Assembly: GCA_027031765.1 (NCBI GenBank)
Contig: JALVPN010000106.1
Span: 1-13,403 of the forward strand
Length of the DNA: 13,403 nucleotides
Reading direction: 5' to 3'
From: Promethearchaeota archaeon
Lineage (GTDB): Archaea > Asgardarchaeota > Thorarchaeia > Thorarchaeales > Thorarchaeaceae
Shown one piece after another: positions 6,376 through 13,403 of the stretch (its first letter is position 1; the number at the start of each line of letters is the position of its first letter). Made by a program: the position numbers and the translations under genes. The notes beneath the pieces were generated by a model. It saw nothing but the letters and a program-made list of their open reading frames with translations, did not search any database and was not told the origin of the DNA.

Positions 6376-8114
6376 GCTATACCAGCCCCCTGTAGTCTGT
6401 CGACCACCCACCTTGCGGTCATTGGCCGTCCGTCATACTTGTTGAGGTGGTGGTCACACATGAGCCCGGTCTCCATCGACACCAGTGCGGCGAACTGCGA
6501 GGTCGCGTTCTGTTCGATGCTCACCGATACGCTGGCCCCCGATAGCACCTCTCGTAGGAGTGCCGTCCGCAGAGGGTACAGGTCTGTGAAGTGGAGCTGG
6601 CAGACACTCTGGCCACCGGCCCGCAGCAGGTCAACGGCCTCGCGTACAGCGCCCCATGTCGAGCCCCACGACACAAGCACCATGTCCGCGTCCTCACTAC
6701 CGTAGAGCTCCGGCGGACGCAGGGCATCCCTGATGGCCGGCACCTTCTTGAGGAACTTCTCCGCCATGGCGTCCCTGATGGCCGGGTCTTCAGTGATGTG
6801 GCCGTCTTCAAGGTGGGTGTTGCCGGACGCCACGACCACACGGCCGGGCTCCCCAGGGAACGCCCGCGGCGAGACCCCATCGTCCGTGAGCCTGTAGCGC
6901 AGGTACGGCGTGTCGTCGTCCCCCGCCAGCACTCCCCGGTCGACCCGGACGGTGCTGACATCGATGAGCGGCAGCGCCATTGAGGAGTCTGCAAGGAACT
7001 GGTCACCGAGGATGACCACGGGCACCTGGAAGCGATCGGCAAGGTTGAAGGCACGCACGGCAGTGTCGAAGGCGTCACGGATGCTCCTGGGTGCGAGCAC
7101 CACCCTCGGGAACTCACCCTGACTGGCAAAGACCGAGAACAGCAGGTCCGACTGTTCCGTCCGGGTGGGCAGTCCAGTGCTCGGGCCCGGTCGCTGTGCG
7201 TTGTATATCACGACCGGGGTCTCCGTCATCCCGGCAAGGCCCAGCGCCTCCACCATGAGCGAGAAGCCGCCACCCGAGGTGGTCACCATCGTCCGCGCGC
7301 CGGCATACGATGCACCAATGGCCATGCAGAGCGCCGCAATCTCGTCCTCTGTCTGGAGCGTCCCGATACGGAACTCGTGGGCACGTGCCACGACCTCCTG
7401 GAACGCCGAGGTGGAAGGGCTCATCGGATATGCGGACACCCACTTCACGTTGGCCGCAATGGCACCGAGTGCGAGGGCCTGGTTCCCCGTGAGGACGAGG
7501 CGGTCGGTGCTCGGCCCACAGCGGACAGTGCTCAGGTCGTGCCTGCACTCACCTGAGAAGCGCTCCTGCGTGACCTCGTACATCCTCTTCGCTACGAGGA
7601 CGTTCTTCTCGACCACCTCCTCGCCCTTCCGGGCAAAGACATGGCCCAGGACCTCCTCCGCAAGGTCGACCGGGAACCGCACCACGGACAACAGCGCACC
7701 CAGGGCCGCCGCATTCGTCATCCGCACAGACCCACCGACCTCCTTCGCAGTCCTCGACAGCGGCGCCGGGAAATGACACGGCTCGAGGTCGTCAAAGGCA
7801 ATGGTGTCATCAAAGATGATAACACCGCCGTCTACAAGACGGGGGCGCGGGCCCACCACGGCATCATGCGTCAGGGCAACAATCACGTCCATGTGGTCAA
7901 CAGGCGCATGCACGGGCACATCCGACACCCGCACCTGCGTGAAGTTGTAGCCACCACGGATCCGCGACTCGAAGTCCTTCACAGTGAACGTGTAGAAGCC
8001 TGTCCTCACAAAGACCTGCGTCAGCATGTCACCAATCGTGTCAATGCCCTGACCGGCCATTCCACCAATGTTGAACGAGATGTCCATCTGTCCAGCAGCC
8101 ACCTCAACGCCCAT
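6372..8114 (-). CDS. korA: 2-oxoacid:ferredoxin oxidoreductase alpha subunit (fused gamma-alpha type)
   Basis: Motifs IGGMAGQGI, ESRIRGG, TGNQALALGA, AYPMSPST, QTEDEIAA, TSGGGFSLMVE, QRPGPSTGLPTRTEQSD, WGSTWGAVREA, EQNATSQFA. ATG 8087 is an alternative start. Confidence 0.95.
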   Translation of the reverse strand: MGVEVAAGQMDISFNIGGMAGQGIDTIGDMLTQVFVRTGFYTFTVKDFESRIRGGYNFTQVRVSDVPVHAPVDHMDVIVALTHDAVVGPRPRLVDGGVIIFDDTIAFDDLEPCHFPAPLSRTAKEVGGSVRMTNAAALGALLSVVRFPVDLAEEVLGHVFARKGEEVVEKNVLVAKRMYEVTQERFSGECRHDLSTVRCGPSTDRLVLTGNQALALGAIAANVKWVSAYPMSPSTSAFQEVVARAHEFRIGTLQTEDEIAALCMAIGASYAGARTMVTTSGGGFSLMVEALGLAGMTETPVVIYNAQRPGPSTGLPTRTEQSDLLFSVFASQGEFPRVVLAPRSIRDAFDTAVRAFNLADRFQVPVVILGDQFLADSSMALPLIDVSTVRVDRGVLAGDDDTPYLRYRLTDDGVSPRAFPGEPGRVVVASGNTHLEDGHITEDPAIRDAMAEKFLKKVPAIRDALRPPELYGSEDADMVLVSWGSTWGAVREAVDLLRAGGQSVCQLHFTDLYPLRTALLREVLSGASVSVSIEQNATSQFAALVSMETGLMCDHHLNKYDGRPMTARWVVDRLQGAGIA

Positions 8115-8329
8115 CTTAGAGGACTACCAACACCCTACAGGACTTCTTTCTTTCGGTATGAAACCATTGCGCGCCACGCGCACCCAACGCTGCCCTTGCG
8201 GGAACGCACACATATGGTGACCACGGAAACCGGCTGACACTCACGACGAGTGGTGGACGGCTGGACTCTGAGCTGGGCATCCCGCAGCACCAAGGAGGGC
8301 CATGACGACCCTCATCTCTCAGACCAGTG

Positions 8330-8734
8330 TCATGAGCCACGCGCCGATGAGCGCACCCATTCAATGGTCTTCCGCAGTCCCTCAGTGATGTCGGTCTTCG
8401 GCCTGTAGCCGAGGTGTTCGCGTGCCTTCGTTATGTCTGCAACACTGTGACGGACATCACCCGTGCGCGGTGGGAGGAAGACCTTCTCCGAGCTCGAGCC
8501 CGTCAGACCCAGGATTGTGTCGGCCAGCTCAATGACCGATGTGCGCGTGCCCGTACCTACGTTGTATACCTCACCCTTGGCACGGGGACTGGTCGCAGCC
8601 AGTAAGTTGCACTCGACAACGTCCTCAACGAATGTGAAGTCACGGGTCTGGAGGCCGTCCCCTTCTATGGGGATTTCGGCACCCTTCAAGGCCCTGTCAA
8701 TAAAGACCGAGATCACACTGGCAAGGTGGCCCAT
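8330..8734 (-). pseudogene. 5'-truncated NAD-dependent epimerase/dehydratase (C-terminal about 130 aa only)
   Basis: Aligns without gaps to the C-terminus of the intact epimerase at 10727-11689 (84/124 identities by hand, about 68%). Lacks the GxxGxxG and YxxxK motifs. The upstream frame closes at TGA 8794-8792 with no epimerase homology. GC matches the left block. Confidence 0.9.
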
Positions 8735-8985
8735 CGTGTCAACTGGTGCACCGGGTGAAGAGGAAACGTTGATGAAAAAAGAATGGCCGAATCAAGATGA
8801 ATCTGTACAGAAAACGCTGGGCGGTCTGGTAGATTGGTCGATGCATGTTCGGAATCACAGTGGAACCGGGAACTATGTCACCTAGTCCCCATCATGAAGC
8901 CCTCCCGCTACCGAGGAAACCGAAACCCCAAGAATGCACAATAGGATTCAACTGCTTCGAAACATGGCGTGGATTTCTCAGACTG
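8713..8985 (-). pseudogene. Possible eroded polysaccharide deacetylase (NodB-like) remnant
   Basis: One frame reads EKSTPCFEAVESYCAFLGFRFPR*REGFMMGTR*HSSRFHCDSEH. GFRFP (8928-8914) and FHCDS (8865-8851) are separated by 16 residues, the spacing of GFRAP-x16-F.YDSS in this family. Two in-frame stops. Confidence 0.4.
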
Positions 8986-9226
8986 TAGAAGTCACGCAAG
9001 AAACATATTGAACGTAGAATGAATCACAAGAGAATGACTGGTAGTGATTCAGAGGAGCCTCTGAAGCGCTTCGGCTCGGGCTGTATACACGGTATGAGCT
9101 GCACATGCACCGAATGAACATTCCTTGACAAACAGCTATACGTATTCTTTCAGTTATATGCACCAACCCAAGTCCAAAGACTACTTCTAGTTGTCAGATG
9201 ACACATGTTGGACAATGACGACTCTC

Positions 9227-9234
9227 GGAGGTGA
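9227..9234 (+). promoter_or_regulatory. Shine-Dalgarno GGAGGTGA for the DUF362 gene
   Basis: Perfect archaeal SD 4 nt before an in-frame TTG at 9239. Confidence 0.7.
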
Positions 9235-9238
9235 GGGC

Positions 9239-10287
9239 TTGGCGGGCAGATATCGAACGCATGTCTCAAGAATCACGAATATGGAGTCTGATGTCACAAA
9301 GAACCTTGAGTTCATCAACTGGACGAAACACGTAGGGAAGCTTCGGCAGTATTCATCAAGCAGAATCTCATGTTTCCATACCATGAGCCCGGCATTACAA
9401 CAAACCCGAGTGTTCTTGGGACTCTAGTGAATGTGTTGAAGAACCCTTGTGCCAGATGATAGTGGGAGAATCTGATGAGGGGAGTCACTCGTTCACCCCC
9501 AGTCAATCGTTCGAAGGCCTCTGCACGCATGAGATTTGCAGCGGGATGAATGCAGAGTTTGTCAACCTTCAAGGACTCCAATTGGTGTCTGTTGAAGACA
9601 CGGCAGACGGCAGGAGAGTCAAGGTTGAGTTGCCCAAATTCCTCCTAGAGGATATCAATTGCTTCATCTCAGTTCCCGTGCTCAAGATGCACGCAATGAC
9701 TACTGTAACCAATAGTATCAAGAACCTCTGGGGATGCTATCCGGATACAATGGGATGCCTACATCACAAGAACGTGAGCCACAGGCCTGCCCTGTTGACG
9801 TGGGCATTTGACCCCAGGATTGTGCCAGTAGACGGGACGCTTGCCTTAAACGGATATGGCCCAACGTACGGGGTTCCACGAAGAACAAATCTCATCAGTG
9901 CATCTAGCAGTCCGGTTGCTGCCGACTCGCTGACATCTTCAATCATGGAGATATCAGCTAGTTAAATTCAACATACCATGGTCTGCCAAAAGAAGGGATT
10001 GGGTACCGCGAATCCAGGAAGGATAGTGATGAACGGTGATTGGCAGGAGTTCAGAATGCAATTTCATCTCAAGAAGACGTTGTTGAGCAGGATGTCATGG
10101 TTTCCTTTCAACAATGAGGTTCTGTCAATAGTTGTTATGGATTCGTCGGCCTCTAGTCTACGGAATAGGCAGACTACTAAGAACACCAAAGGAGAAGGAG
10201 ATTGCAAGCGAGGTAAGGAGGTTCCAGCACGTGATTGCACAGCGAGCTCGTGAACAAGCCATCGCTGCGCAAGAGAACTATGCATGA
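9239..10287 (+). pseudogene. DUF362 domain-containing protein, disrupted by 3 frameshifts and 1 premature stop
   Basis: Collinear pieces: MAGRYRTHVSRI...NLEFINWTKHVGK; frameshift at about 9340; ASAVFIKQNLMFPYHEPGITTNPSVL...KNPCAR; frameshift at about 9456; MIVGESDEG...FISVPVLKMHAMTTVTNSIKNLWGCYP...DG..ALNGYGP..G...SPVAADS..MEISAS; TAA 9963-9965; IQHTMVCQKKGLG...WQEFRMQF...VVMDS; frameshift at about 10152; LVYGIGRLLRTPKEKEIASEVRR...TGA 10285-10287. IK(P)NL, ITTNP, VGES, KxH, KNLWG, DG...GP and PVAAD are DUF362 hallmarks. Confidence 0.85.
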
Positions 10288-10726
10288 TCATTCATTCGCT
10301 CAAGCAACAACCAAGTGTAGGCTCACGCTCCCTTTGCCCGTCCGCATACAATACTGTTCACCATAATGACGATGGGATTCAAAGGCCAAGGGTGCTGTGC
10401 ATTGCGCATAGATAATAGAAACGCGAAGGTTGTCTTCTTACATGAATCCATGCCCGTCTTGACGACATGTGTTGAGTGGATGCATTGGGGACTGAACGAA
10501 CGATATTCACAGCGTTTTCGTGCCCAGTCCAAAGCATCTGAGTGTGGAATGCGAGTTCGTTCTGTCTGGAGTTCATGTGTCCTTTCCAAGAAGGTGGTGC
10601 TCATCAAATCAACCAGCAAGGAAGACCTGAAGCCGCCAACAAGCACTAGTCATCGCAGACCGTTGAGCCACAGTTGGTTCGAAACAACCCACAGTCCCTA
10701 GGAACCTCACGATGGGATTGTCCGAG

Positions 10727-11689
10727 TCAGAACCCTGTAGTATTCTCGCGGTACCACTGAATTGTCTTCTTCAGCCCCTCGACTATTTCCGTTCTTGGCT
10801 TGTAGCCGAAGTGGGTGTATGCTTTCCTGATGTCTGCCAAGCTGTGTCGTACGTCGCCCTTCCTTGGAGGTTTGTATACTTTTGTAGACGTTGACCTGGT
10901 GAGCGCAAGAATGTGGTCTGCAAGCTCTACAATCGATATCCTTGCTCCTCCGCCCACATTGTAGACCTCGCCCTTGGTCTTGGGTGTGGTAGACGCCAGA
11001 ATGTTGCAGTCCACTATGTCATCAACGTATGTGAAATCGCGAGTTTGCAGACCATCACCCTCGATGGGGATTGGGGCTGCGTTGAGCGCATTCTCGATGA
11101 ACACTGAGATTACGCCTGCATATGGGCCGCGTCTTTGTCTTGGGCCGTACACATTGAAGTACCGCAGTACCGTGCAGTCCATACCGTAGGTCCTGACAAA
11201 CGCAAGAGCAAGCTTCTCTTGGGTCAGCTTTGATACCGCATACGGAGAGATGGGGTTCTCACGCATGTCCTCAGACTTGGGAAGCGTCGGTGTATCCCCA
11301 TACACAGATGAAGATGATGCGACAACAATCTTGCTTACATCCTTGCGACGGCATTCGTCCAGAAGAACGGCCGTCCCTTGTACGTTCGTTTCGAGTGTGG
11401 GAATGGGCTCTCTCACTGATGCACTCACGCTTACTCGGGCGGCTTCGTGAAAGACAGTGGTCACGTCACGGAGTGCCTCACGTACATCATCGGGGTTGCG
11501 TACGTCGCCAATAATTGTCCTGAGCCTGCTACTATGCCTCCACGACTTGATGTTAGATGGAGATCCATTGCTCAAATTGTCGAGCACAGTAACACGAGCT
11601 CCCGCTTCCATACACCTGTCGACGAGATGGGATCCTATGAAGCCCATGCCACCGGTCACCAGTACACTATCTAGTTTGACGCTGTCCAT
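10727..11689 (-). CDS. NAD-dependent epimerase/dehydratase (extended SDR; UDP-glucose/UDP-GlcNAc 4-epimerase-like)
   Basis: Intact 320 aa with VLVTGGMGFIG (GxxGxxG), DNLSNG, FHEAA, ASSSSVYG, catalytic YAVSK, RYFNVYGPRQ, GDGLQTRDFTYV. Confidence 0.95.
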   Translation of the reverse strand: MDSVKLDSVLVTGGMGFIGSHLVDRCMEAGARVTVLDNLSNGSPSNIKSWRHSSRLRTIIGDVRNPDDVREALRDVTTVFHEAARVSVSASVREPIPTLETNVQGTAVLLDECRRKDVSKIVVASSSSVYGDTPTLPKSEDMRENPISPYAVSKLTQEKLALAFVRTYGMDCTVLRYFNVYGPRQRRGPYAGVISVFIENALNAAPIPIEGDGLQTRDFTYVDDIVDCNILASTTPKTKGEVYNVGGGARISIVELADHILALTRSTSTKVYKPPRKGDVRHSLADIRKAYTHFGYKPRTEIVEGLKKTIQWYRENTTGF

Positions 11690-11900
11690 CTTTCCGCATC
11701 CTCTCGTTCAGCAACAATTCATACGCAAACAGGAGTGTGAACCAGACCAAAGGCCAGCGCATTTTAACCTACCTGATGACTGAACACATGTGGTGCACAT
11801 CTGCGCTCTAGACATTATGAACGAGCGGTACAGTCATGGGAAACGTTTTTCTCGGCCATGAACGGCAGAAGTCCTAGATGACTCTGCTGAGACATGTACA

Positions 11901-13070
11901 ATGAGAATTCTACAAGTAGTATCGTATTTTCCTCCAGCTGAGGCATTCGGAGGGCCTCCAAAGTCGGCATACCTTCTTTCGAGGGAGCTTGCGCGAAGAG
12001 GACACGAAGTTGTGGTCTATACGACCAACGCGCTCAACCTTCAGAGTCGAATGAAAGGAAGCCGAGTGTTGGAGTTTGACAACCTCCGGATTCACTACTT
12101 TTCCATCATTGGGCGACCTGTAAGCATGGTTTTCTTGACTCCGGGAATGTGGTTTCGGGCACTGAGAGAAACAAGTTCCTTTGACGTTGCCCATCTTCAC
12201 GAATTCAGGACATTCCAGAATATCGTCATGCACTACCATTTGAGAAGAGGTCACGTACCATACTGTTTGCAGGCAAGGGGTTCTCTCCGGCGACTGGTTT
12301 CGAAACATCAGCTCAAGCGTTTGTACGACCGTCTTTTTGGTTCGAAGCTCATCACAGATGCTGCAAAGTTATTGGCACTTTCGAAGGAGGAAGTCAGTGA
12401 CTATCGGGCGCTCGGCGGCACTCCGCAACAGATTGAGGTCTTGCCAAATGCGGTGGATCTCGCTGAGTTCAAGAACCTTCCCGCTAGGGGCAAGTTCCGA
12501 GAGAGAGAGGGCATTGGGAAAGATACGACTGTTCTCCTGTACATTGGTAGGCTCCACTGGATAAAGGGACTGGATATATTGGTTCGAGCATTCCACAAGG
12601 CCCGGAGCAGCAGGAAGGACATCACGCTGGTTGTGGTTGGACCAGATGACGGACAGAGGAGCAAGCTACAGGCACTTGCGCAGAGGCTCAGCCTGGGCAA
12701 GAGCATAAGATTCACAGGAGCACTGTTTGGTGAACGGAAGGTTGAAGCCCTTGTCGACTCTGATATATTCGTCTTGCCATCACGCCATGAGGCGTTTCCC
12801 AACGTCTTGCTGGAGGCATATGCTTGCTCGAAGCCAGTGATTGCCACAGAAGTGGGCGAGGTTCCATCAATAGTTGTAGACCAGAAAACAGGACTTGTGG
12901 TTCCACCCGAGAATTCCACGGCCTTGAGTCGTGCAATTCTCAAGCTCGTGAACGACAACAGATTCGCGCAATCCCTCGGACGAAGCGGCCAAGCGCTGGT
13001 CACCCGGAGGTACGCTGTGGATGCTGTCACCGATAGACTCGAAAGAATCTATGAGAGCGTCGTTGCCTGA
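11901..13070 (+). CDS. Glycosyltransferase family 4 (GT-B fold) protein
   Basis: Intact 389 aa with MRILQVVSYFPP...GGP, LYIGRLHWIKGLDILV, VVVGPDDG, FVLPSRHEAFPNVLLEAYACSKPVIAT (E-x7-E motif), GLVVPP. Confidence 0.95.
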   Translation: MRILQVVSYFPPAEAFGGPPKSAYLLSRELARRGHEVVVYTTNALNLQSRMKGSRVLEFDNLRIHYFSIIGRPVSMVFLTPGMWFRALRETSSFDVAHLHEFRTFQNIVMHYHLRRGHVPYCLQARGSLRRLVSKHQLKRLYDRLFGSKLITDAAKLLALSKEEVSDYRALGGTPQQIEVLPNAVDLAEFKNLPARGKFREREGIGKDTTVLLYIGRLHWIKGLDILVRAFHKARSSRKDITLVVVGPDDGQRSKLQALAQRLSLGKSIRFTGALFGERKVEALVDSDIFVLPSRHEAFPNVLLEAYACSKPVIATEVGEVPSIVVDQKTGLVVPPENSTALSRAILKLVNDNRFAQSLGRSGQALVTRRYAVDAVTDRLERIYESVVA

Positions 13071-13142
13071 TGTTGCATAGGTAGGATTGACTGGCATGGA
13101 ACTTGAGGAGTGAGCATTCGCCAGCCATCATGGTCAGCGGCA

Positions 13143-13345
13143 GGGCCCAACATTGGAACATTATCATAGACTCGCAGCTGACCTCGCATTGCTACTGCAA
13201 CCCATACAACTGTGACAATTGGGAGAGAGACGTGGACTGGATTCTGAATGACGCACAGCACAGGCTACTATGGGAATTCCTCGATTTGTTATGACACAAT
13301 TCGTTGCACAGAAAGAGAATGCAGTCAGCGCATACGCAGTTTCGT
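13143..13345 (+). pseudogene. Possible eroded hexapeptide-repeat (LbH) sugar O-acetyltransferase remnant
   Basis: Frame from 13143 reads GPNIGTLS*TRS*PRIATATHTTVTIGRETWTGF*MTHSTGYYGNSSI. This matches the family pattern GPNV.I...V.IG.DVWIG.NVTILPGVTIG.GSII with correct W-x-G-x3-T-x3-G spacing. A shifted frame then gives AVSAYAV (compare DVPAYAVV). Several stops. Confidence 0.35.
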
Positions 13346-13403
13346 TCATCGTGTTTTTCTTCGGGCGGACGCCCACAATGCTTGCACAGGCAAGTATGGT
13401 GAG

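Noticed and set aside
5319-8237. Long plus-strand ORFs over the oxidoreductase operon (e.g. 7165-7776, 7641-8237) and similar antisense ORFs over Nre, the surface protein and GT4
   Set aside because: Shadow ORFs expected opposite GC-rich coding sequence. They are Arg/Pro/Ser-rich with no motifs.
8750-8791. FFINVSSS upstream of the epimerase fragment as a remnant of the SSSSVYG region
   Set aside because: It is bounded by a stop at 8794-8792, lacks VYG, and lies in the lower-GC block. Probably coincidental.
8737-9130. TGTCAA...TTGACA as IS-like ends at the GC breakpoint
   Set aside because: Only 6 bp match, there is no flanking duplication, and there is no transposase remnant.
10671-10690. 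GGTTCGAAAC as a tRNA T-loop
   Set aside because: No 5-bp T-stem and no cloverleaf can be formed around it.
10288-10726. ORFs 10323-10646 (-), 10366-10701 (+) and 10379-10576 (-)
   Set aside because: No recognisable motifs, SD or coding-like composition. Possibly eroded island DNA, but it cannot be assigned.

Overview
Archaeal genomic window, most likely from an Asgard archaeon (Thorarchaeia-like). That assignment is inferred from the surface-protein architecture, the Nre homologue and GGAGGTGA-type ribosome-binding sites. The window has two compositional blocks. The left block (1 to about 8740, about 60-65% GC in hand-counted 60-nt lines) holds: a YbjN/T3SS-chaperone-like gene; a strongly degenerate Nre-family DNA-repair homologue; a probable frameshifted WD40/beta-propeller remnant; a large membrane-anchored surface glycoprotein gene interrupted by one in-frame UGA; a two-subunit 2-oxoacid:ferredoxin oxidoreductase operon; and the orphan 3' half of an NDP-sugar epimerase. 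The right block (about 8740 to the end, about 40-55% GC in the same spot counts) is a decaying surface-glycan locus. It carries an intact NDP-sugar epimerase and an intact GT4 glycosyltransferase, a DUF362 gene broken by at least 4 lesions, and probable remnants of a polysaccharide deacetylase and a hexapeptide O-acetyltransferase. No rRNA, tRNA, CRISPR array or transposase was recognisable. All family assignments come from motif recognition by eye; no searches were run.
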